Of a stretch of 64,000 nucleotides of DNA, positions 38,129 to 50,149 are shown piece by piece. This DNA comes from Schmidtea nova (lineage: Eukaryota): NCBI GenBank assembly GCA_044892505.1, contig CM097882.1, positions 556,946,001 to 557,010,000 of the forward strand, written 5' to 3'. A program made the position numbers and the translations under genes. How positions within the stretch are numbered: the stretch's first letter is position 1; each line of letters starts with the position of its first letter. The notes under the pieces are model-generated. The model worked only from the letters and a program-made list of their open reading frames with translations. It was not told the DNA's origin and did not search any database.

Positions 38129-41100
38129 GCAACTAATTCGAGAAAACACGTTTTACATATTAACAAATTTTAGCTTGGTATTTCTTTTAATGTTAATTTT
38201 AGTTTTCGGATTAGTGGCATACCCCAATGCTAAATAAATTAATAAAATTTCAGATATAAGAATAATTATATATTATAAATCAAAATCAAAATAAATTAAA
38301 TAAATCAAAATTATAAAAAATTACAAAATAAATTACAAGCATGCAATCCAGTCATAAATAATAGTTTTGGAAAGGCTTTCAAAATGGTATACATTCCTCA
38401 ACTCCTCAATAATTTCTTTCACCGGGAACTTCTTCAAAACAAGAAACTTTATTACACTACGAAATTCCACGGGAGAATACATGATTATGACGAAAGATTG
38501 AATGTCCGCGAAAATAAGACAACCTGTAAATTAGACATTACAGTAAAACAACTTATATTTCAGTTACCTATAATACTCAAGGAATATATCACAAAAAATC
38601 ATTTAAATTGATATTTTATTAGACCTTCATTCCAGGCATTTNNNNNNNNNNNNNNNNNNNNNNNNNNNNNNNNNNNNNNNNNNNNNNNNNNNNNNNNNNN
38701 NNNNNNNNNNNNNNNNNNNNNNNNNNNNNNNNNNNNNNNNNNNNNNNNNNNNNNNNNNNNNNNNNNNNNNNNNNNNNNNNNNNNNNNNNNNNNNATTCAT
38801 TATCCTCGCCCTATAATTTTGAAAATATAAAATTAGAGTCTATTCGTTTTTTAAGGTAATTTTAGAAAACCTAATAAAACCCGAGCAGACAAAAAAGCTC
38901 TTCAAAATATTGGACGCAATACAACATTTAATTACATATTATATTTTAACAAAAAGACACAATACGAATTTTATTTTCTTTGAACAATGTAAAGACTATT
39001 TTTCAATTTCAATTGGTAATTTTTATTGAATATTAAATTTTTTACTAGTTTTATTATCGGTATTTTTAACCAGTGCACGCTGGGATCCCGAATATCAAGA
39101 CCTTAACACTAATTTTGATATACTAATTTTCATTTACTATACGGGTTTCCTCCTGATTTCGACAAGCAATTTTCCTGTTTGTCCAATCTGTAAATTTGCT
39201 TTCTCTACAATTGTTGATAAGCTTGACTTGATGATAAATAAAATTACTTAATTAATCAATTAATTTGAAACGGTAATTTTGCTTTAGCTCCTCCCAGAGA
39301 TGCCAAATTAATATAAAATTATTTTATTCGATTCTAACTTTCAATTTTCTATTGCTTTCCACTTTTCCTTTCTGGAAAATATTGATTATTACCATTTTTA
39401 AAATTTTAATTTATGCTTAATTAATGTTGAGGTTTTGAGAATCTCAACTTGATGGTTCGTATAAAAATAAAAACGAAGAGGCTGTTTAATAAATTTTATT
39501 TATTTATCAAAATTATTTTACAAGTCACAAAAATGACAATTACCTCAGCCAAATAAAATATAGATTTTTATCAATTTTTATAGATGTGCTCGGATATGTA
39601 AAGATTTATGTTGCAATATCAACTACTGAATTTGCAACTCTTTGAAATCACAATTTTTAGAGTGATTTGATTGAAAAATCGGTCAGTTTATATACTAATT
39701 TGTAGGGCACTTAATCTGCCAATAATATTTATTTTTCTTCTACTTGAGTTGATAGAAAATGAAATTGTTTTCATAAAATAATTGTTTTTTAACCTTATTA
39801 TTCCACTGTGCTGATCTTTTAGGTCATAAATATAATTTATTTATAAAAACGGTAAAAAGTTACTTTCTTATTATTATTATTCATTTCTCTTAATTAAAAT
39901 ATTATCCAAAAATTTAAATTTTAAACATTTTCAAAATAGTTTCAAAAAAATTAATTTACTTAAAATATTTTCTAAAATTAATGAACATAACATATTCTAA
40001 CAAAATCATGTAAAATGTTATTATTAATTGTTTCCATCGCCATAAAATAAAAATATCAAAAAATGTTCATAAGATTGTTAGGGTTNNNNNNNNNNNNNNN
40101 NNNNNNNNNNNNNNNNNNNNNNNNNNNNNNNNNNNNNNNNNNNNNNNNNNNNNNNNNNNNNNNNNNNNNNNNNNNNNNNNNNNNNNNNNNNNNNNNNNNN
40201 NNNNNNNNNNNNNNNNNNNNNNNNNNNNNNNNNNNNNNNNNNNNNNNNNNNNNNNNNNNNNNNNNNNNNNNNNNNNNNNNNNNNNNNNNNNNNNNNNNNN
40301 NNNTGCTATAAATATAAATAAATATAGTAATAAGCAAATTCTAGTAATAGAAATACAATAGTAATAGTAATAAGCAATAGATAATTTTACTAATAAATTG
40401 TAATTAAAAGATAATAATGTTGGAGTCGTGATTAAATAATCATGAAATAAAATAAAAAGTACAAAAACTATGTGCAAATCAATGAAAAAACACAAAATGA
40501 AAAAAATTATAATTAAAATTCAAAAATTAATTAAAATTTTGAAAAAACAAAAATAAAGATTTAACGGAAGAGTTTGGTATTTAAGGATGGAAAATAGAGA
40601 GACAAGTGCAAATATGAAAATAAAATATAAATGGGGGTCCCCGGAAAAAGATATTCAACAAATATAAATGAATTAAAAAATAATGAAGTATTTATTAGTT
40701 ATGCAGAAAACCCGAGTCAATGGGAAGCCCGAGTGCATGGAAGACTTGGGTGGTGAGAGCCCGAGGAAGGGGAAACCCGGTTGGAAATTAAATTACGAAA
40801 ATCACGAAATAAGTAAATCTAATTATAACAAATTGTAATCAACTAAAACCAAATTACTAAAGTTGATAATCAAATTTCATCCCAAGTTAGGAAACGTAAT
40901 CAAATTGTTGACAAATTGGAAAACTATAAAAGCGACAAAGAAACAACATCGAATTACAAGTTGGTTGAAGAAAGTTTTCGTTGTAAATTGTTGAATAGAA
41001 AGAAATAAAAATTTATTGTGTTGGGTCTTGGTTATTTTATCAATTAATCCTGCACTAGTAGTCAGAAAATAAAACGACTCAAAATAAAAATCCAACAATA

Positions 41101-42163
41101 GTAATATTCAATTACTAAATATAGAAAATAGTATAGATCATAATAGTAGCGCGGTTTCACGTACATTAGAATAACTATAAATACTGATAGTAAAGAGGGA
41201 CACAAAAATTTTAACTGATAATAACAGTAGAAAAATATTTATTTCAGAGCAAAATTATTTCAAGCGAGAAATATAGCATTTATTACTGCTACCATATTTG
41301 GAATATCTCTTTGTCAAAATATTGGTAATCATTTAATTTTTTTACCCTGAGTATTAGTATTATCTTTTAATACTATCTTACTCTTCAAATTTAAATTATT
41401 AGCAAGAATAATTGTTATAGGAAGAAATATCAACCAATTCTGGGTTGATTCTATCGCGTTGAATTTTAGGATATACCACAAATTTCTTTATACCTTACAC
41501 CAGTAGAAGCTGTTGAAATTATTAGATCTAACTTTCGCTCTTAACATCTGAGGACGGTTTGAACAACCGATATCTTGCTTCGTAAAATTATGACAACAAT
41601 TGTGGTATTTTAAATTTTTATTTGGGAAACTAAATTGTAAATCCAATTGTACTATTTATTAAATTTTTAGCTTAATCTATATTTGTTTTCTTTTTATTTA
41701 CACCCAACAAATATTATCATATTTATAGAGATTATCCTTTGGAGTCGGATAATTAATTGTTTGATTTTAAAGACAAATAATTATGTGTTGATTCGTAACC
41801 ACTGATACGAAAAAACAAGATCACAAATTGTAAAATAGATACGTTTTCCCGTATAATTACGCCATCAGCTTAAATATTCTGGAGACAAACAATAAAATGA
41901 CGATCATTTGAGAAGGTGTCTCTAAAGAGAAATATCAAAAATATGCACAGAAAGCAATTGCCAAAATCTGTTGGAAGATATATTTAAAAGCTGATATATA
42001 TTTACTGGCCTATTTATTCCAAAATTTAACATGTCATGATTTTGAATGGATTGACACAAATACGAGTTTACGGGCGAACTCAAGATATGTCCTTGACAAG
42101 AATTATTATAAATTATTTAACAACATATTATATGGCAAAAACCTAGAAAATTTACAGAAGAGC

Positions 42164-42379
42164 ATGAATTTGAGGCTTTACAATTCAGATGCAAAATTGT
42201 TAATATATATCTCCAAGCCAACATTCAAGAAATCAATCAAAATTGTAGATGCTTTAGTAACAGTAATATTAAAGAAATATTCAATCTACCTGGAAAGGAC
42301 AAGCTACATTGAAGGGGGGTGTCATGGTGCCTTGATACTTTTCATAAGGCATAACGTAGTACCTTCTGAAAGGAATGAA

Positions 42380-42470
<91 letters not shown>

Positions 42471-42950
42471 ACAAAATTATTTTGTATGTGTGAGCCTTAA
42501 ACCAAAAATTACCATATTGGTAGTTTTCATGGATTACTAAAAAATTTAATTAATCTTATGCACTCGAATCTCGAAATACTTTCGTATGATATAACCTTTG
42601 AAGTACATTTAGAGATTCCCACGTTAATTTACGATAAATTAAAAGATTTTCCCATTGTGACTGAAAGAATGCGTGTTCCAGGTTCTAAAGTTAAAAAGAT
42701 GATTCTCATGCATTATCTAAGAAAGAACCATGTTCTTCATTGGAGGCTTCTCAAACTCTTTGTTTCTTTGGGTGTTAAAATAACAATTGTTTATCGTACC
42801 ATTTATTACAGTCAAAAAACATGTTCAAGACATACATCGACACCAACACTCAACTTAGGGTGTCATCGAATAATACTACAAACTCTTGAATAATAGTCTC
42901 CGCGGTAGAAATGTAGATAATCTTAAAAAGCCCTTAATCTATATATCAGC
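42164..42950 (+). pseudogene. Polinton/Maverick-type protein-primed DNA polymerase B fragment, split by (TA)n
   Basis: YIEGGCHG resembles GIRGG. FEVHLEIPTLIYDKLKDFPIVTER...KNHVLHWRLLKLFVSLGVKITIVYRTIYYSQK resembles the EVDLEYP..LHD...P...YV.H...L...G.K....R.L.F.Q block of Polinton PolB. Confidence 0.7.
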
Positions 42951-43122
42951 TCCAATATGAAGTATTTCGGTATTTTCTTTTTATTTAAATATTATTTTCT
43001 TTTATTATTTTTTTAATTTTAATTAATAATATTATTCATTTTATTATTTGTTTAACTTATGCTACCATTTTTATTTATTTTTGTTCATATTTATTATCTT
43101 TCTTTCTAATTATTAATATTTA

Positions 43123-44170
43123 TGTGATAAAAAATGTTTGAAATAAAGCTAGATTCAACGTTTATTCTTTATTACAAGATTATTTTTCAAATTCTGTTTC
43201 TCTTTGAAAATCACTCGATATAAACAAATCTATTTTCTTTTAAATTGATTATCTAAAAAAAAATAATTATCACATTCCCCCGTGATCAGTACGAATAATC
43301 CAACTCGTACTGATCAAGATAGGAAGGCTTCCTTCGGTTGCGAGCCAAGCGCGTGTCTTCCTCACTCTCTTCTGGATTTCTGATGTCAACCTGATTGTCT
43401 TCAAATTCGCATTCGACATCGCTGGATTCGATAGGTTGATTTGGCAACACTCGGATGTCTGCAACATGACGCGGTACTCCATCAACCTCTACGTTGGTAG
43501 GTGAATTAATGCCAGTGATGATTCCACTGGACCACTGATCAGTGCATTTGCTCAGAACTGGCTTTATAACAACATTCTGACAAGTTTTAAATTTACTAGA
43601 TACTACGCGCTCCTCCTCGACATCTCTGTGAAATTTCCATTTGTACTTAAATAGCCCCTCTGATGGAGCTGTACTCTGATCCTTCGCGTCTTTGGGTGCC
43701 ATGTTATACCAATAAACAATGTCCCGTGGGTCTGAACGACTCCTGGCTGCATGGTCTTTTATTGTCCGGTGGTTTCTCTCCACGATCCTATTCCCAGATG
43801 GATGGTAGGCACATCTGTATGTCGGCTTTACATCCCATCTACAACATAAATCTTGTAAGGATTTAGAATGAAAACTAGGCCCATTGTCCATGAGTAGCTC
43901 ACGAGGCGGACCTCTCTCTCGAAACACTTCTTCGAGATTTTTCACAATATTTTGTGCATCTTCATATGGTATCCTTCTTCAAATGGCAAATCTGCTAGGC
44001 CCACAATCAACGATAGTCAAGAAAATGGATCCTTCGTAGTGCGTTACATCTACAGCTAGCCTTTCCAATTTTTATTGACCCCTAATGATCCATTTTCCCA
44101 CTTAATTGGCGACGGATCGATTGATTTGCATTCAATACAATTTCTTACCACATTTTCTATGTAGTCTCGT
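43123..44170 (-). mobile_element. 3' half of a gypsy element: integrase remnant, PPT and 152-bp 3' LTR (43123-43274)
   Basis: CIECKSIDP...LAVDVTHY...DNGPSF...GNRIVERNHRTIK; PPT GGGGGAA; LTR with a perfect 8-bp terminal inverted repeat TGTGATAA...TTATCACA. Confidence 0.88.
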
Positions 44171-44173
44171 GGG

Positions 44174-45928
44174 GTGTCTGGGTTTTCTAACTATTATCGA
44201 AGGTTTATTAAAGACTACGCAAAAAAGTCAAGAGCTTTAGAGAGTATATGTGGTAAAAATAGCGACAAAATAATATGGAAGGAAAATTGTGAGCAGGCTT
44301 TTGAGAATATGAAGTTGGCATTGATAACCGCACCGATCTTGGTATTTCCGGATTTTAAGAAAGAATTCATATTGGATACGGACGCAAGTTTTGATACGAT
44401 TGGCGCAGTCTTATCACAGAAGGATGACATGGGATATGAGCAAGTTATCGCATATGGATCACATGCGATGAATGACCACGAAAGGGGTTATTGTATTACA
44501 AGAAAAGAACTTCTGGCTATATACTATTTTTGTCGACATTTCAACCACTATTTATATGGAAAAAGATTCACACTACGTACAGATCATAAGGCGATAACGT
44601 TTATTCTAACAACAAAGAAGCCAATTACAGCTCAATTCCAGACGTGGATAAACTATTTAAGCAGCCTTGATATAAAAATGGAATTTAGAAAAGGTACATT
44701 ACATGCTAACGCAGACATGTTCTCGAGGAAAACGTGTGGCACATGTGTGCAATGCCTTATGAATCACGATAATCCTAAAATGGGAAGAATGAAAACCAGA
44801 TTGTTAAGTATAATGACTGAAGGGAAAGGAGAAGAATGGCAAAGAAATTGTGAAGAAATAGAGGACATTAAAAATAAAATAAGAACTCAACCAAGTAAAA
44901 GGTTTATTATAGAAGATAACATTTTATACACCAAAGGAAAAAGAATATGGATACCAGAAAGTAAAAGAAGAGAAATGATTAAGAAAACACATTTATTATT
45001 ATGTCATGCCGGAGTTGATAAAGTTATCAAATACATACAAAACAATTTTGATATGAGAGATTTAATAAATGAGGTAAAAACAGCAATATCAAACTGCGAA
45101 TCGTGCCAAAAAGTTAAAGTTGTAACTACAAAGATGAAAGAGAAATCAAAAGTACTTGAAGCATCAGAACCTTTCGAGAAAATATATATGGAGATCTGTG
45201 GCCCAATGAAAGAAACATTTAACAAGAAAAGATACATTTGCGCAATAATCGACCATTACAGTAAATACATTTCGCTAACAGCAATAAATAAACAGGATGA
45301 AGAGACAATTGGGAAGATATTGTTAAACAATTGGATTCTAAAATTTGGGGCACCCAAGGAACTACATGTAGATTGCGGGAAAACATTCGAAGCGAATAGC
45401 ATAAAGAATATAAGCAAGAAAGCAGGGATCGAAATAGTGTATTCGAGTCCATATCATCATAATACGAATGGTATAATCGAAAGACAATTCCGGACAATAA
45501 GAGATTTTATTAATGCATCACTGAAAGACGGAAATACAAAAGACTGGGCAGATCTTATTCCAGATATAGAATATACACTCAACGCGAAAGTCCAAAAAAC
45601 AACGGGAGTAAGTCCAGCTGAAATTGTTTTTGGTAGGAGAATTGATAGATCGAAATGGTATAGTGATAGTAGAATCAACAGAAAAGAAATAGCATTGAAA
45701 ATTGAAAGTAAAAAACTAAATGACGAAAGAACAACTGCAAGGAAGTTTGAAGTGGGAGACAAAGTGTTAATCAAACGAGAAATACGAAACAAGGATCAAG
45801 ATAGGTATGAAGGACCATACACGGTAACAAAACGAATACACGATCGTAGTTATATGCTGAGAGATAAATGTGGAAAGTCTTTAATCAGGAATAATGAAAA
45901 GATTAAAGAATTTAAAGAAGGGGAATGA
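44174..45928 (+). CDS. pol: 5'-truncated gypsy pol (RT connection, RNase H, integrase), same lineage as the 1823-6396 element
   Basis: 584-aa open frame with DTDAS, RKELLA, TDHKA, CESC and GIIER. PPT AAAGAAGGGGA at the end, as in the first element. Confidence 0.92.
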   Translation: MSGFSNYYRRFIKDYAKKSRALESICGKNSDKIIWKENCEQAFENMKLALITAPILVFPDFKKEFILDTDASFDTIGAVLSQKDDMGYEQVIAYGSHAMNDHERGYCITRKELLAIYYFCRHFNHYLYGKRFTLRTDHKAITFILTTKKPITAQFQTWINYLSSLDIKMEFRKGTLHANADMFSRKTCGTCVQCLMNHDNPKMGRMKTRLLSIMTEGKGEEWQRNCEEIEDIKNKIRTQPSKRFIIEDNILYTKGKRIWIPESKRREMIKKTHLLLCHAGVDKVIKYIQNNFDMRDLINEVKTAISNCESCQKVKVVTTKMKEKSKVLEASEPFEKIYMEICGPMKETFNKKRYICAIIDHYSKYISLTAINKQDEETIGKILLNNWILKFGAPKELHVDCGKTFEANSIKNISKKAGIEIVYSSPYHHNTNGIIERQFRTIRDFINASLKDGNTKDWADLIPDIEYTLNAKVQKTTGVSPAEIVFGRRIDRSKWYSDSRINRKEIALKIESKKLNDERTTARKFEVGDKVLIKREIRNKDQDRYEGPYTVTKRIHDRSYMLRDKCGKSLIRNNEKIKEFKEGE

Positions 45929-47046
45929 AAGAGTAGAATTCACGTTTAAATTAAAATTGCTAATAAACATTTAAATTGTATTTGTCAGATTTCATAAATT
46001 TTTATTTAAACATCTTAAATTAATTAATTAAATTAACCTTAAAATATATGTTATTTCTTATTTAAAAATTAGCCAGCATTTAAATCAACATCAGAATTAA
46101 AGAAGAATAGCCTTCAAGTTTTTGTTTATATATTAGGAGAAGAGAGCGTAGTTTTCAAATTTAATAAATTTTGTAGTTGATTTTATTTATTTAATGGATA
46201 CCGAAAATGATTTTAATTGAAATCGCCCACTTGTTATCTTGTTAAAAAATGTGGTTCTACAAAGACGAAAGTATAAAAGTAAAAGTATAAAAAAAGAAGA
46301 AAGAAAAGTGATACTACAGAGAATTTATGGGCATTTCAAAACGATATAATTAAATTTTAAAATAAAAAAAATAACATTAAAATATAAATGGCTGGAAAAT
46401 TAAAAATGTAGAATACAGACATTGGAAAATTTTAAAATTTTCAATTTTTAAAAAATGGATAAAATTATTTATTCTGAAAAAAAATTAGAAAAAAGTTTTA
46501 AAAAATTTTAGAGTTTTTATTTTATATTTTTAAATTTTTAACAAAAAACATTTAAAAACAATTAAGAATTTCAAATATTTATATGATTCAGATTAACATC
46601 CAATGAAAGGGAAGAGAAATCACGAAAAAAAGAAACAACAGAATGAATGAAGATACCAGTTATTTGCTGAATTAGAGATTGACGAGGATTATTATAATCG
46701 AAAATTTTCTCACTTAATAAAATTATTTTTGCAACAAANNNNNNNNNNNNNNNNNNNNNNNNNNNNNNNNNNNNNNNNNNNNNNNNNNNNNNNNNNNNNN
46801 NNNNNNNNNNNNNNNNNNNNNNNNNNNNNNNNNNNNNNNNNNNNNNNNNNNNNNNNNNNNNNNNNNNNNNNNNNNNNNNNNNNNNNNNNNNNNNNNTTTG
46901 ATCTTTTTTCACCTTTGATCTTTTTTTATTATTATTATCAATAATTCTCATAATGATGACTATAGATCAAAATTATTTTTTTATAAACAATAACACAATA
47001 TTTCGGCACAGCCTTTATCAAGTGTGTATACACAGTTGATAAAATA

Positions 47047-47294
47047 CACACTTGATAAAGGCTGTGCCGAAATATTGTGTTATTGTTTATAAAAAAAAAT
47101 TTTGATCTATAGTCATCATTATGAGAATTATTGATAATAATAATAATTATTATTATTATTATTATTATTATAATTATCTTTTTTTCACCTTTGATCTTTT
47201 TATATTATTAATATCAATAATTCCCATAATGACTATAGATCAAAATTTCTTAAAATAAGTACACGATATTTCAGCACAGCCTTTATCAAGTGTG
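47047..47294. mobile_element. TA-flanked long-TIR MITE (ends CACACTTGATAAAGGCTGTG); family copies near 16168, 23970-24335, 46900-47026 and 55920-56135
   Basis: About 90-bp imperfect TIRs with TA on both sides, and multiple near-identical copies in the window. Confidence 0.85.
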
Positions 47295-47429
47295 TATTTG
47301 ATGAGTCATCGAGGCGTCAAAATAAATTTTTAAAATGATAAAAAATAGGTTAAAAAAGATTTTAAAAATTAGACCCTCCTTCTCCCACGCAAGACTTTTG
47401 GTATGAAAACCCTCTTTGTGATTGTTTTT

Positions 47430-48890
47430 GCAAGAAATTGACTCTATGATTCAATATGTACAGTTTGAAAAAATACAACTATCTTAACTTATTTTTAATA
47501 TTATGTGTATTTGAATTAATGCATGATTGTATTTTATGTATGTAAAGATATTTTGTGATTATATTTCATATATGTAATGATATTCTTTGTGTATAGGATT
47601 TATTTCTATGTACTATTGATATTTTGTATGTAGATATTTCATGTATGTGATAATGTTTTGTGAAATGATATTTCATGTATGTAATGATACTTCTATGTAT
47701 TTTGATAATTTTCTATGTATTTCTATGTTATCAAACAATAATATGATAATCTGTTGTGTATTTATCTTTGTATATCTAATATTTTCTTTGTGAATCTGAT
47801 TTTTTGTTATGATATTTCAGTTATGTAATGATACTTTGTGATGACATTTCATATATTTTGTGTGTTTTTCTAATGTTTCTGCACTATAATGTGATAATAT
47901 TATGAGCATAATTTTGTATTTTATTGATATTCTGTTTGTATTTTACATTAAAGTATAATAATATTTCGTGTATGTGATAAGCTTTTGAGCAATGTGATAA
48001 TATTTTGTGTATATTGTTGCACTAGTGTGATAATATTTCTTTTTATGATTACTATTGTCTGTATTTCTAATGTGTATGATAGATTTTCTATATATTTCGT
48101 GTGTTTGATGATATTTTGTGATGAAGTTTCATATATTTGATTATATTTCGTATTCTCGTATGATGAATTTCTATCTAGTTTTGATATTCACGTGTATTTT
48201 GTGATGATATTTCATGTATCTTTGGTATTTTTATGTATCTTGCACTATAGTATAATAATAATAGGTCTTTGTGTAATGTTATTTCTTGTATGTGATATTT
48301 TTGAAAATGTGTGAGTGATGAATATCTAGACATCTTTGATAGTTTGTGTAATTTGTAGATTTTATGTATTTCTATGTTATCAAACAATGATAATAATGTT
48401 TAATGCATGTGATAATCTTTTGTGTAATGATATTTCTTATATACGAAATTTTCTATGAATGTTTATGAATCTCTATATATCTCTGATAGTTTGAGTGTAT
48501 TTTTGATAATTTTCTATGTATTTTCTATGTATTTTCTATGTATTTTCTATGTTATCAAACCATAGTATGATGATATTTCATGTATCTTTGTTTGTATTTC
48601 TGATATTTTGTGTATATTCTTTACTATATTATGTTTATATTTTGTACGTGTGTGATGAATTTCTATGTACTTTTGATATTTTGAGTGTGTTTTTGATAAT
48701 TTTCTATGTTATCAAACTATAGTATGATGACATTTTGTATGTATTTTGCACAAAGTATAATGATATTTCATGTATGTAAGGATACGTTGTGATGATATTT
48801 CATGTATGTAATGTATCTTTCATGTATTTTTTATATATTTGTACTATAATGTAAGAATAATTTGTATGATAATTTTTCATGTATTTATCA
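47430..48890 (+). repeat. Complex degenerate T/G-rich satellite
   Basis: Recurring GATATTTCATGTATGTAATGATA and TTTGATAA(TTTTCTATGT)nTATCAAA modules. Confidence 0.7.
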
Positions 48891-49741
48891 TAGTGACAGA
48901 ACTTTGGTAGCAGAACCCATTTTGTGATGGTTTTATCTACTAAAGCTTCATATTCGAACATAATTTTAATAAACAATATACTGTTACCTCATTTTCAATG
49001 TTTCTTATCATCATTTCAATATAACAGTTTAGCAAAATTTTTGATAATTGATTGGTCATTAAAATGATTGGTTATTAAAATGGTTCATTTGTGAAATATA
49101 AATATAACTTGTAAATAAATTAATGCTGCTACCAAGGAATCACCATTTTAAACTTGTAAATAGTATTGATTGACGTAAATGAATAACGAAACAAATAAGG
49201 TTTGTTTTAAATATATATTTAAATAAGTTATTTTAAACTAGGTTACAGATAATTTTATTACTTTGGATAATTAGAGCCAATCATTTTCAATAATTGATGA
49301 CCTTTTGACTTCGATTGAGAAATGCGATATCGACATTCTTTCAAAATTATTCATATCCTTCAATAATAAATTAATTATTGGTATCACAGACGCATTTGGA
49401 TATAATAAATCTATGATGAAATTATCCAGTTTTATTATGACACTTAATGATATTGATTTTACTGACTTCAATATGCATACCATTTTCTGGTCATGTATGG
49501 AATTTCGACTAGGAAAATACTGTACTTTTATTCGAACTTTCATGCAGAATGTGGATAGTTTAGAGTTAAAGATAAACAACAAATTGAAAAAATAAAACAA
49601 AGGTCTCTCACATGTTCAATATGTAATGTCAATAGAACATCCATTTTATATTTATCTTGTGGATATGTCATTATTTGCTCAAAATGTTTTAAAAACTCTG
49701 ATAAGTGTGAATCTTGTGGTATAAATATTGATGAATAGCAT

Positions 49742-49793
<52 letters not shown>

Positions 49794-50149
49794 TATATTT
49801 TTTCATTTATTTCTACTGAAACAGATTGTCAAAAAGCTTTCCCCTCAAACATGAAATTAATAAAAATTGATTAGATAATATGAAATTTACTGAATTCATA
49901 ATTCATGATAATCATACTTACATTTCAAATACCTTTTAAATGATATCTATTTATGAAGTTTTAAAATTTTTGAACCTTGGATCCTTCAAGGATATGACCT
50001 TTGAACTCAAAATCAAAAGTCTTTTTGGATGATATATAACTTATTTAAGATTTGAATTTGAAATGAGTCGTCGATGACACCATCGTGTCATCACGATGAG
50101 TTATAAAGAGAATTTTCCTACCCGGGGGTATGGATGACTCATTTTCTTT

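Noticed and set aside
38384-38611. LINE RT C-terminal-like ORF
   Set aside because: The resemblance is weak and the upstream RT motifs are not identifiable.
45929-46320. 3' LTR of the plus-strand pol element
   Set aside because: The start is ambiguous (TGAAAG versus AGTAGA) and there is no second copy or TSD to fix the boundaries.
49278-49595. Possible plus-strand terminal exon (about 105 codons)
   Set aside because: An AG acceptor is present, but I recognise no homology and long ORFs overlap it on the opposite strand, so support is insufficient.
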